Assembly: GCF_009914755.1 (NCBI RefSeq)
Contig: NC_060925.1
Direction: 5' to 3' (one strand)
Source: the human T2T-CHM13v2.0 reference genome, Homo sapiens
DNA: 64,000 bases
In this document: in pieces, positions 1-14,794 of the stretch
Numbering within the stretch: the first letter of the stretch is position 1
Layout of the letters: every line of letters begins with the position of its first letter
Translations under genes and position numbers: made by a program
Notes under the pieces: generated by a model
The model's input: only the letters and a program-made list of their open reading frames with translations
Database searches by the model: none
What the model was told of the DNA's origin: nothing

Positions 1-14
1 GAAAAAATTTCTGA

Positions 15-540
15 TAAGGTGACATTTATTCAGAGACCTATAGGAAGTGAGAGTGATTTGTTCAGTTATGTGAAAGGAAAGCATCCAGATAATAGGGTAA
101 CAATTGTAAAGCTGACATAGGAGTCTCAAGTTTGACAATTCTGGGTACAGCAAGTAGGCCCATATAATTAAATGAATCAAAGGGATATTAATACAAGGGA
201 TGTCAAAGAGGTTGTAGGGGATCTGAGCATGTTGGATCTTATTGGTCATTTTACTCTGAGTGTTATGTGAAGGCATCGTAGGGGTTTGCACAGAGTAGTG
301 ATCTAAACTGATGTAAGATTTAAAAGGCTCATTTTAACTATAGTGTGCTGAATAGAGGGTAAGGAGGAGGGTAAGTATTAAAGCAGGGACTGGTTGGAAG
401 GTTATTGTTGCAATTCTGGTAAGAGATGGAGGCCCTCCCACCCTTTTTTCCTTCCTCCTCATATTTAGTCAATGTCTGCTATGTGCCCTGTAGTATGTTA
501 GATGTTGGGAATATATGAAGTAATATTAAGCACTTTGCTT
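15..540 (-). mobile_element. L2 LINE fragments
   Basis: Degenerate antisense L2 motifs (ggtgacattt..cagagacc, tttactctgagtg, tgtgccctgtagtatgttagatg). Confidence 0.55.
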
Positions 541-1624
541 TCATGGTGGGATGGAATGATGATCGTGTTATCAAAAAATTACATTATATTGTAAAAATTC
601 TATACTGAAGAAATATGTTAGCAGATGATGTGCCTGCCTATGAATGTTGGAAAGACTTTAGAGTAATACAGTTTCCTTTTAATTTTTATTAAAATTAACT
701 ATGAATGTTTTTATGTTAGTTGTATATCTTCTGTAGATTCTTTGATTATGTTCTCTGCCACTTCTGCTTTTCTTTCCATGTGTTAGAATATTTCTAGCAA
801 TATCTATATCAATATGTAAATACAAACATAGAGACTCTATTTAGTAAGGTTATTAATATTACTATATTTGTGCTGTTTCCATCTGTTTGCCATTTAGTTT
901 TGTTTATGATTCTTTTTCTTATAGGTAATTTGCATTTTAGAAAAATTTCATGTCTGTCATCAATTTATCAAAACTATTGGTTTTATGCTTAAGTACCTGC
1001 TTTCTCAGGGAAATTTATATATTGCCACACTTCTACTTTAAAAATTTTTTTAAACATTTATTTCCAAATAATTTAGATTTCATTTTGATATTTGTGAAAT
1101 TAGTATTTATGTTAATTTCTTACCCAGGAGGCAATTTTCTCAACATTATTATTGAATAATCCATCATTCTGCCATTTTTTTGGTGCCTCCTTTAACACTT
1201 ATTATATATTCTAGGAAAAATACTTAAAATCCAGGAGGAGAGAGGAAGTAAAAATTATGCTGTAGTGATTAGAACAGAAGAAAAAGGACCACCAGTAAAG
1301 AGTGCTATTCTAGAATCATGACCCAGAATTCTAGAAATGAAGGCTTTCATGAGGAAGGGTAATAGTTAACAGTGTTAAATATCCTGATAAGTTCACAGTA
1401 CTGTGTAAGGTACATAAAAAATGGCTTGTTGGTTTCAGGAATTAGGGAGCTGTGGTGACAGCAGTAGAGAAGTTTCAGTAACATTAACAAACGAGAGGAG
1501 AGATTGCAGTTGCATGAGAAATGAAGATGCAGAAAGTAGAAAAATATTTTCCACAGGGTGTTTGTGAAAAACAAATGAAGTATTGATAATATTTTGAAAA
1601 CTATAAAGCATTACGTATTTGTGA

Positions 1625-1789
<165 letters not shown>

Positions 1790-2892
1790 TGAACAATTTC
1801 CCTAGAAGCATATTAGTTTTCTAAATTGGTAATATTGAACCAGTCTAGAACTGGTTGCTTCAGGCAGAACTATTCCTTGGGAATAATAATTTTTCCATTT
1901 TGAGGCTCTCAATAAAACATGAATTCATCACAGATCCTAGCTTTATATACACCATGTCTCCTTTGCAAGAGTGATCCTTCTCCAGGATTTTGCCATTGCA
2001 ATTAATTCCATGGCCCAAGTAAAGGGGGAAAATAAACTAATAAGGACAAAATTAAATAACAAATCAGAAAGAATTAATATGGATCCTCCTAAGACCAAAA
2101 ATTAGTAATTCAAACTTACTGTTTAGAAATTGAATCCAGTTTTTGGCTATAAATAATAACAACTCTGAATTCTCCTCTCTGGAAATCTTGGTACAGAACA
2201 CATGGAGACACTTGAGACCTAAGGTGATGGAGAAGTGGGTGTAGGAAATTCCCTTTTACTATTGAAATAGGTTAAAGAATGAGGTTGAAGAGTGGGAGAA
2301 AGAGAAACTAAAGGAAGAGGTTATAAGTCATTTATTTGTTTTTTGAGCAACTGTTTCACCCATATTTTGGTTTGTTGATCTAGACAATTTGTAAGAGCTC
2401 TTTGTAGATTTAAGAAAATTTACCTTTTGTTATATGTATTATAAAGATACATATCTATGTTAGCTGTATTTTGTTTAATTTTTTTTTGTTGTTAATGTTG
2501 AAGTAATCATTTAAAGGATTTTTTTTTCCCCCCAGTGTTTTGGCTTCTAGATTTTGGTCCTTAGAAAGCCTTTCCTATGTCTGTGTTATTACAAAACAAA
2601 AATTCCCATTTTCGTATGGATTTTTATGACTTTATATACTTTTATCTATATATTTCATTTATTGTTGTTCCTTTGTGTGTAAAGAGTGAGCTATTTATGT
2701 ACTACCTTTTTTTTTTAGAAGAAATATGTTTAAAGATGCTGGTATTTAATATATTAGATTACATTTATCTTAATGTGTAATTTTATTGTCAAATTATATT
2801 GTGTGATTTGTTTATACCTCTAACATATATTTCTATAGTCAGAACATTTAAATTCACATTTAATAAAATAGAAAAAAATGATATATACTCTG

Positions 2893-3088
2893 GCCAAGAG
2901 GTTATCAAACTTTAGTATGTATTAGAATCACATAAGGTGTTTTATAAAAATGAGGATTCCAAGCCCTGCCCAAAGGACCGATTCAGTGGGTTTAGCGTGG
3001 AGACCATTATCCTACGTTGTTCATGCCAAATACTCCTTGTTAAAGGTGATTTTGGAAACATTGGTTCTATATTTTGAGAAACTCTGAC
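2893..3088. mobile_element. MER5A-like hAT-Charlie MITE
   Basis: caaactttagtatgtattagaatcac ... tttgagaaactctg termini. Confidence 0.65.
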
Positions 3089-3129
3089 CTGGCTTATAGG
3101 AATAAAATCATTGTGAATTAATTGTTATT

Positions 3130-5420
<2,291 letters not shown>

Positions 5421-5619
5421 AATTGCAGTGATAGCTTTATTCTCTTCCACGATCATGGCATATGGCTTCAAAAGTACTGTAATCCAAGAATGTTTATTAT
5501 TTCTGTTGGTCTGCTCCTTTAACTCTCCACCTTTCGTACCCATAAGATTTTTGCCTGGTTTGTCCTTTCTGTGCCCTGGAACGAAGATAGTTCCTGGAAA
5601 AACTAGTCCCAGAGGGAGA

Positions 5620-5673
5620 GCTTTTGCTCATGACTTGGGAAGGAGTGCTTTTGCTCATGACTTGGGAAGGAGT
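5620..5673. repeat. 27-bp perfect tandem duplication (gcttttgctcatgacttgggaaggagt)x2
   Basis: Read directly from the sequence. Confidence 0.9.
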
Positions 5674-6137
5674 GGGATTTATGATTTGGACCTCTAGTCT
5701 CTTTCAGTCCCCTCAGCTCTCCTATATGCGTTTCACTCCTCTGCCTTGAGTCTGCAGTCTGCTGCATACCCCATCCTCCATCTGCCTCAGCCTTACATAC
5801 AAACAGTAGGTCTGGGCTCTTCCTCTCAAAGGTCACTCAGAGAGGTGCCTTTCTTCATAAAATCTTTGGGATTTAGATTTCCCCGGGAAGGATGGAATGT
5901 TCATTCTTGGGTCTCATCTTTTCCCCTTGACCCAAAACTTCTTCCCCACAGAAATGTCTTTAAGAATCTTCTGAGCTGCTTCATCTGCTAACTGCCAGTT
6001 CTCTAACACTGAAATGTGGTAGGTAACTGGACATATTTGAAGGACATCTTTATGTAAGAGATATATGGAGTCAGGAGATAGCCACCTTCATATATTGCTC
6101 TGTGCCAAGAGAAATAAAACCGATTTCTTTTTCCAAA

Positions 6138-6263
6138 AGAAGGAGACAAAACAGGAGAGGGGGAAGGGAAGAAAAGGAGGGGGAAGGGAGGAGAAGGGAA
6201 AGGGAGAAGGAAGGGGAAAGGAAGGAAGAAAAGGAGGGCAAAGGGGGGAGGGAAGGGGGAAGG
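6138..6263. repeat. Polypurine (GGAA/GGGA) low-complexity tract
   Basis: Almost pure G/A on the + strand. Confidence 0.9.
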
Positions 6264-6289
6264 ATCAGAACTCTATCTATAAAAAGATG

Positions 6290-6820
6290 CAAAGTTTTAA
6301 AACTTGGAAAGGAAAAAACAAAACTCCCAACCCAAGTTGCTTCACTGGCAAATTCTACCAAATATTTAATATCGATTATATGTAAATTTCTCCAGAAAAA
6401 AAAGAAGAGTAATTTTTCAGCTCATTCTATGAGGCCAGCATTAATCCTATGTGACACACACACAGAGGTATTAAAGTAAAACTATAGATCAGTATCTCAT
6501 GTGAATATTGTAGATGCAAAAAATTCTCAACAATGTATCACAAAATCAAATCTAGCAATATATAAAAAGGGTAATACATCATGACCAAGTGGGGTTTCTT
6601 CCCAAGAATGCAAGGCTGGTTTGATGTTCAAAAATCAACCAATATAATTCACTATGTCAACAGACTAAAGAAAAACATCATATAATCTTATTACATAACC
6701 ACAGAAACATCTGACAACATGTAACGTCTATTCATGATAACAACTTGCAGCAAACTAGAAGTAGAAGGGACCTTTCTCAAGGTGATAAAGGGCATCTACA
6801 AAAAACCTATAGCTAACAAT
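6290..6820 (+). mobile_element. L1 ORF2 segment, probable inverted partner of 3130-5420
   Basis: Runs from KTPNPSCFTGKFYQIF (ORF2 KSPGPDGFTGEFYQTF) to KPIAN (ORF2 KPTANI). Confidence 0.8.
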
Positions 6821-6899
6821 ATTCTTTTTATCTTTTTGTGTATGTTGTTATTATTATAGATTTCAGTTTTATGCTGCAAATCCATAGTACATTGCTACC

Positions 6900-7505
6900 A
6901 CTTTTACCTTAGGTGATCAGTTATCGTTTAGAACTATTAAAAATAAAAGAAATGCCTTTTTGTCTTCATTTCAGTCATTTTTGTTGGTCTTTTCTTTTTG
7001 CAGGTTCAGGTTTCTGATTTTTCAGGTTTTTCAGGTATTTTATTCCTTCTGTGGAAACAGCTTCCTTTAACATTTTTTATAGTATAGGTCTATTGGTAGT
7101 GAGTTCTTTTAGTTTTTGTTAGTCTGAAAATCTATTTCCACTATATTTTTGAAAAATTTTCTTTGGGTATAAAATATAGGTTTACAGTTTTTCCTGTCAA
7201 CACTTTAGAAATGTCACTGCATTATCTTATAGCTTGCATAGTTTGTGATGAGAAATCTCCTTTAATTCTTTATTCCTCTGTATGTAATAGGTCTTTTTTT
7301 TTTCATTTGGTTGCCTTTAAAATTTTCTGTTTATATTTTGTTTTGTATGAAGAGTCTGAGTGGTTTTTACTTTGTGTGTGTATGTGTTGGGCTGCAGGGG
7401 TATGAGTAGGACTATTTATTTTGCCTGAGGTTCTTTAAGCTGCTGGGGTCTGTGGGTTGATATCTTTAATTATTTTCTAAAAAATTCTCAGTTATTGTTT
7501 TTTAA
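6900..7505 (-). mobile_element. Old L1M ORF1-region fragment
   Basis: Typical antisense L1M ORF1 text (tctgaaaat..., gatgagaaatc). Confidence 0.6.
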
Positions 7506-7509
7506 AATA

Positions 7510-7879
7510 TAGACATCCATCGACTTATGATAGGATTATGTCCTGATAAACCCATTGCAAATTGAAAACATCCTAAGTTGAAAATGCATTTAGTACACCT
7601 AACCTACCAAATATCATAGCTTAGCCTACCTTAAACATCCTCAGAACACTTACATTAGCTTACAGTTGGGCCAATTGATATAACAAAGCCCAGTTTATAG
7701 TAAAGTGTTGAATAGCTCGTGTAATTTATTGAATACTGAAAACGAATAACAGAATGGCCATACGAGCACTTGAAGTATAGTTACTACTGAATACTTATTG
7801 CTTTCATACCATTGTAAAGTTGAAAAAATCATGAGTTGAACCATCCTAAGTCAAACTGTCATAAGTTAGTGACCATCTG
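7510..7879. mobile_element. MER47A (TcMar-Tigger MITE), TA-flanked
   Basis: Matches the MER47A pattern (cgacttatgat...ataaacccat...cctaacctacc...gaccatctg) with TA on both sides. Confidence 0.85.
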
Positions 7880-9170
7880 TATTTTTTCTTATCAATACTT
7901 TAAAAATGTCACTACATTATCTTATAGCTTGCATAGTTTGTGATGAGAAATCTTCTTTAATTCTTTGTTCCTTTATATGTAATGTCTTTTTATATATTGC
8001 AAGAGCCCCCTGCCCCACTTCTGGGATTCCAATTATATACATATACTAGGCTGTCATAGCTCTTGGACTCATTGTTAGATTTTGAGTTTAGCCAAATTTA
8101 AGTGCTTTTTAAAACAAAAAATGTGCACTTCTCAGAAGATATAACAGAATCAGCTTCCTGTAAAGCCTATCAATCACAGTGATCAGGATACAGTTTAAAA
8201 TTACTCAATGTATGAAAAAAATAGGGAAAATGATCCATTTTTTTTTTTCCAAAAGTCAATCAATGGTGACCTGTTCTAAGGTAACCCAGATACTGGCATT
8301 AGTTGACAAGGATGTTAAAGCAGCTGTTATAACTATGCCCAGTGACATAAAGGAAAATATTTCTGAAATGACCAAATAGATGAAAATCTCATCAGAAATG
8401 AAATAACATGGAAATTCTAGAATGAAAACTTCAGTGTTTAAAACAAAGTCATCATGTTGACTGTTGTCATTGGAAGGGTGAGAGTCAGTGAACTTGTAGA
8501 TAGATCAATGTAAATTATCCAGTGTGAAGAAAGAGAATTAAATATTTATTAAAAATGAATGGAGCTTCAGAAACTTATAGGACAGTATTCCAACATACAT
8601 ATAATTGGAATCCTGTATGAAGAGAGCAGATAGCTGTAAAAAATAGTTGAAGAAATAATGACTATATTTTTTCTATATTTGGTGATGGACCTGAATTTCA
8701 AGAAGCTAAGTAGATCCTAAACATGATAAATACCAACCAAATGTAGGCATATCATGGTCAAACAGCTGAAAGCCAAATACAAAGAGAAAAGTTTGAAAGT
8801 ATTCATAGAGAAATGACACATGTTATATGTGGAGGTACTTTAATTTGACTGATGACTGAACACTCATCAGAAACCACAGAGATTACTTTTTCAAAATTTC
8901 TTTAAAATTATGTGAATGCTTAGGCAAAAACCATAGCATTTTATATTGGGTTATAACATACATAGATGTAATACATGCAGCTGTGGAATAAAAGAGGGAG
9001 GGAGGAAATGGAACTACAAGATTGTAAGGTTTCTCCATTTTATATGAAGTTACACCATATTACTCTTAATAGTCTGTGAAAAGTTAAGGACATAATTAAT
9101 CCCTGGGACAAACATTAAAGAAAAATATTGCAGACACGTATAGCTTAACCACCAATAAATAAACTGTAAA

Positions 9171-9583
<413 letters not shown>

Positions 9584-9865
9584 TAATATCATACACCTAT
9601 ATCCAGTAATATCAATAATGCCATTAAGTTTTAGTGAATGAAATATTCTAAGTCAAAGGCAAAAATAGTTAAAACGACATAAAAGCAAGACCAAACTATT
9701 CACAGTCTAAAAAAGACACACTTAATAGAGAGGTTGAAAGTAAATGAATGGGAAAAAAGATACATAGTATATGAACAGCAAGTGTAGAAAGGTTTAAATG
9801 ACTACGTCAATATCAGAGTATACTTCAAGATGAAAAGTATTGTCAGAGACAAGAGGAGACCTTTC

Positions 9866-12656
9866 TTTTTTTTTTTTTTTTAAATTTATTTTTTTATTGA
9901 TAATTCTTGGGTGTTTCTCACAGAGGGGGATTTGGCAGGGTCATGGGACAATAGTGGAGGGAAGGTCAGCAGATAAACAAGTGAACAAAGGTCTCTGGTT
10001 TTCCTAGGCAGAGGACCCTGCGGCCTTCCGCAGTGTTTGTGTCCCTGATTACTTGAGATTAGGGATTGGTGATGACTCTTAACGAGCATGCTGCCTTCAA
10101 GCATCTGTTTAACAAAGCACATCTTGCACCGCCCTTAATCCATTTAACCCTGAGTGGACACAGCACATGTTTCAGGGAGCACAGGGTTGGGGGTAAGGTC
10201 ACAGATCAACAGGATCCCAAGGCAGAGGAATTTTTCTTAGTGCAGAACAAAATGAAAAGTCTCTCATGTCTACTTCTTTCTACACAGACACGGCAACCAT
10301 CCGATTTCTCAATCTTTTCCCCACCTTTCCCGCCTTTCTATTCCACAAAGCCGCCATTGTCATCCTGGCCCGTTCTCAATGAGCTGTTGGGCACACCTCC
10401 CAGACGGGGTGGTGGCCGGGCAGAGGGGCTCCTCACTTCCCAGTAGGGGCGGCCGGGCAGAGGCGCCCCTCACCTCCCGGACGGGGCGGCTGGCCGGGCA
10501 GGGGGGCTGACCCCCCCCACCTCCCTCCCGGAGGGGGCGGCTGGCCGGGTGGGGGGCTGACCCCCCCACCTCCCTCCCGGACGGGGCGGCTGGCCGGGCA
10601 GAGGGGCTCCTCACTTCCCAGTAGGGGCGGCCGGGCAGAGGGGCCCCTCACCTCCCGGACGGGGCGGCTGGCCGGGCGGGGGGGCTGACCCCCCCCATCT
10701 CCCTCCCGGACGGGACGGCTGGCCGGGCGGGGGGCCGACACCCCCACCTCCCTCCCGGACGGGGCGGCTGGCCGGGCGGGGGGCCGACCCCCCCACCTCC
10801 CTCCCGGACGGGGCGGCTGGCCGGGCGGGGGGCCGACCCCCCCCACCTCCCTCCCAGACGGGGCGGCTGGCCGGGCAGGGGGGCCGACACCCCCACCTCC
10901 CTCCCGGACGGGGCGGCTGGCCGGGCGGGGGGCTGACCCCCCCACCTCCCTCCCGGACGGGGCGGCTGGCCGGGCAGAGGGGCTCCTCACTTCCCAGTAG
11001 GGGCGGCCGGGCAGAGGCGCCCCTCACCTCCTGGACGGGGTGGCTGGCCGGGCAGGGGGGCTGACCCCCCCCACCTCCCTCCCGGACGGGGCGGCTGGCC
11101 GGGCGGGGGGCTGACCCCCCCACCTCCCTCCCGGACGGGGCGGCTGGCCGGGCGGGGGGCCGACACCCCCACCTCCCTCCCGGACGGGGCGGCTGGCCGG
11201 GCGGGGGGCCGACCCCCCCACCTCCCTCCCGGATGGGGCGGCTGGCCGGGCAGAGGGGCTCCTCACTTCCCAGTAGGGGCGGCCGGGCAGAGGCGCCCCT
11301 CACCTCCAGACGGGGCGGCTGGCCGGGCGGAGGGCTGACCCCCCCACCTCCCTCCCGGACAGGGCGGCTGGCCGGGTGGGGGGCTGACCCCCCCACCTCC
11401 CTCCCGGACGGGGCGGCTGGCCGGGCAGAGGGGCTCCTCACTTCCCAGTAGGGGCGGCCAGGCAGAGGCGCCCCTCACCTCCCAGACGGGGCGGCTGGCC
11501 GGGCGGAGGGCTGACCCCCCCACCTCCCTCCCGGACGGGGCGGCTGGCCATGCGGGGGGCTGACCCCCCCACCTCCTTCCCGGACGGGGCGGCTGGCCGG
11601 GTGGGGGTGCTGACCCCCCCATCTCCCTCCCGGACGGGGTAGCTGGCCGGGCTGAGGGGCTCCTCACTTCCCAGTAGGGGTGGCCGGGCAGAGGCGCCCC
11701 TCACCTCCCGGACGGGGCGGCTGGCCGACCCCCCCACCTCCCTCCTGGACGGCACGGCTGGCCAGGCGGGGGGCTGAACCCCCCACCTCCCTCCCGGATG
11801 GGGCGGCTGGTCGGGCGGGGGGCTGACCCCCCCCACCTCCCTCCCGGACGGGGTGGCTGCCGGGTGGAGAGGCTCCTCACTTCTCAGACGGGGCGGTTGC
11901 CAGGCAGAGGGTCTCCTCACTTCTCAGACGGGGCGGCCGGGCAGAGACGCTCCTCACCTCCCAGACGGGGTCTCGGCCGGGCAGAGGCGCTCCTCACATC
12001 CCAGATGGGGCGGCGGGGCAGAGGCGCTCCCCACATCTCAGACGATGGGCGGCCGGGCAGAGACGCTCCTCACTTCCTAGATGTGATGGCGGCTGGGAAG
12101 AGGCGCTCCTCACTTCCTAGATGGGATGGCGGCCGGGCGGAGATGCTCCTCACTTTCCAGACTGGGCAGCCAGGCAGAGGGGCTCCTCACATCCCAGACG
12201 ATGGGCGGCCAGGCAGAGACACTCCTCACTTCCCAGACGGGGTGGCGGCCGGGCAGAGGCTGCAATCTCGGCACTTTGGGAGGCCAAGGCAGGCGGCTGG
12301 GAGGTGTAGGTTGTAGCGAGCCGAGATCACGCCACTGCACTCCAGCCTGGGCACCATTGAGCACTGAGTGAACGAGACTCCGTCTGCAATCCCGGCACCT
12401 CGGGAGGCTGAGGTTGGCGTATCACTCGCGGTTAGGGGCTGGAGACCGGCCCGGCCAACACAGCGAAACCCCGTCTCCACCAAAACCAGTCAGGCGTGGC
12501 AGCGCGTGCCTGCAATCGCAGGCATTCGGCAGACTGAGGCAGGAGAATCAGGCAGGGAGGTTGCAGTGAGCCGAGATGGCAGCAGTACAGTCCAGCTTCG
12601 GCTCCGCATGAGAGGGAGACCGTGGGGAGAGGGGGGGGGAGGGGGAGGGGGAGGGG
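9866..12656 (-). mobile_element. Full-length SVA retrotransposon, probably SVA_F (human-specific), antisense to the gene
   Basis: polyT tail, SINE-R ~9895-10390, GC-rich VNTR ~10395-12255, Alu-like domain ~12260-12620 and G-rich hexamer head 12624-12660. TSD GGAG(A/G)CCTTTC at 9855-9865 and 12657-12667. SVA_F-like variants recalled from consensus (ccaccaaaaccagtcagg, gggattggtgatg, cttagtgcagaac). Confidence 0.95.
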
Positions 12657-13090
12657 GGAGGCCTTTCATAATGAAAAAAAGGATCCATTCATTAGAAAGA
12701 CATAATCACAACATTAAAACATAAGCAAATGTGTAGGCATCAAATAACAGAGCTTTGAAATGTATGAATCACAAATGGAAGAATTAAAAGGAGATTCCTT
12801 TTTAATTTTTTATTAAAAAGGTAATTCCACAAAGATTGTTGGATCCTTCAACATTCTTCTCTTCAACTGATAGAATAAGCAGACAGAAAATCAAAGATGA
12901 TGTAGAAGTCCCGAATGACAGTATGAGCTATTTTAAATGAATTGATATTTATTTATACAGCACTTTACTCAACAGCTGCTGAATACACTTTCTTTTCAAG
13001 TGCACATGGTATGTTTACCAAAAATAAATTGTATGCTGGATCATAAAACACATTCAGTCAATTTAAAAAGTTAGAAATAGTACAGAGTAT

Positions 13091-13390
13091 GGCTAGGTGC
13101 AATGGCTTATGCCTGTAATCCCAGCACTTTGGGAGGCTGAGGTGGGTGGATTGCTTGAGCTCAGGAGTTTAAGACCAGCCTCGGCAAACATGGCAAATCC
13201 TCATCTCTACAACAAATACAAAAATTAGCCGAGTGTGGTAGCATGTACCTGTAGTCCCAGCTACTCAGGATGCTGAGGTGAGAGGATTGCTTGAGCCTAG
13301 GAGGTTGAGTCTGCAGTGAGCTGTGATCACACTGCTGCACTTCAGCTGGGGCAACAGAGCAAAACCCTGTCTCTCAAAAACAAAAAACAA
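13091..13390 (+). mobile_element. AluJ
   Basis: Full dimer, ggattgcttgagc variants, A-rich tail. Confidence 0.9.
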
Positions 13391-13522
13391 GCACGATCTT
13401 TGACCATGATGGAATTAAATTAGAAATCAATAATAGACATCAGGAAAAACTTCAAATATTTGAAAATTAAGCAATATGTTTCTAAATAAATAGACATCAA
13501 GTAAGCAATTACAAAGGAAATT

Positions 13523-13961
13523 GAAAATATTACAAAGTTGATTCTTTGAAAGAATCAACAGAATTGATAAACCTTTTTAGCTAAATTGATCAAGAAATAA
13601 CAGAAGACAGATTACCAATAGCAGGAGTAAATGGTATTGCCAATATGAGGCTATCATTGCAGATTCCACATACATTAAATGCATAATAATGGAATATTAT
13701 AAGCAGTTTTTTTGCAAAATTTAATAATGTAGACAAAACAAGGAAAATATTACAAAGTCGATTCTTTTAAAGTATCCACAGAATTGATAAATCTTTTTAG
13801 CTAAATTGATCAAGAAATAACAGAAGACAGATTACCAATAGCAGGAGCAAATGGTATTGCCAATATTAGGCTATCATTGCAGATTCCACATACATTAAAG
13901 GCATAATAATGGAATATTATAAGCAGTTTTTTTGCAAAATTTAATAACATAGACAAAACAA
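13523..13961. repeat. 220-bp tandem duplication, ~95% identical, inside L1
   Basis: Copies start at 13523 and 13743. About 10 mismatches counted by eye. Confidence 0.92.
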
Positions 13962-14577
13962 ATTTTCTAAAACAATCTTATTGAAACTGAGTCAAGGTAA
14001 AGCAAGAAGTATGCCATTTGTAGTATTAATTGAATTGGTAATAAAAAGCTATTTCACAAAATTAACTCCAAGTTAAATGGCTTTATTGGTGAATTATATC
14101 AAATAAGAAAGAAATATCATTCTTCCCCAGAGGAATAGGGAACATTTTGCAGCTCTACTTCAGAGGCCAGCATAGCACTAACATCATAGCCTGAAAGGCA
14201 ATATAGCAAGAGAAAACTACAGACCAGTATACTTTTTAAATACATTAGCAAGAATCCTGAACAAACTATTAATACTTGTAAAGCATAGCTAGCAATAATA
14301 TAAAAGATATATATATTATATATAAGAATATAAAAGATAAAAGATATATAAAAGATCTTTTATATTCTTTTTATATAATATAAAAGATAATATATCAAGA
14401 AAAATTTCTTTTATTGTAGGAAAGCAAAGTTAAACATTTGAAAAAGCAGTTAATGTAATTAATCATATTAATTAACAATAAAGGAGAAAAATCATATAAT
14501 TATTGCAATAAATTTAGTAAAAGCATTTGATAAGATGCAACACCCATTCATGATTAAAATCACTCAGTAAACTAGTA

Positions 14578-14794
14578 CAGCGTGATAATTCCCAATCCAA
14601 AAACCTGAAATGCTCCAAAATCCTAAACTTTTTGAACACCAACATGGAGTGCAAGGGAAATGCTCATTGTAGTGTTTAGGATTTCAGATTAGAGATACTA
14701 AACTGGTGTAATGCAAATAATTCAAAATTTAAAAAAATCGAAAATTGGAAACATTTCTGGTTCTAAGCATTTCACATAAGAGCTACTCAACCTG
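14578..14794. mobile_element. Tigger4a/MER46-like MITE
   Basis: cctgaaatgctccaaaatc ... tactcaacctgta, TA-flanked. Confidence 0.8.

Noticed and set aside
6065-6479. Lys/Glu/Gly-rich ORFs
   Set aside because: Polypurine tract running into an L1 remnant.
10395-12255. Repeat array superficially like a CRISPR array or CpG-island promoter
   Set aside because: It is the SVA VNTR: no unique spacers, eukaryotic context, and no gene start nearby.
9886-12724. Many long Pro/Gly/Arg-rich ORFs (up to 276 aa) on both strands
   Set aside because: They are translations of the GC-rich, stop-poor SVA VNTR and Alu-like domain, not genes.
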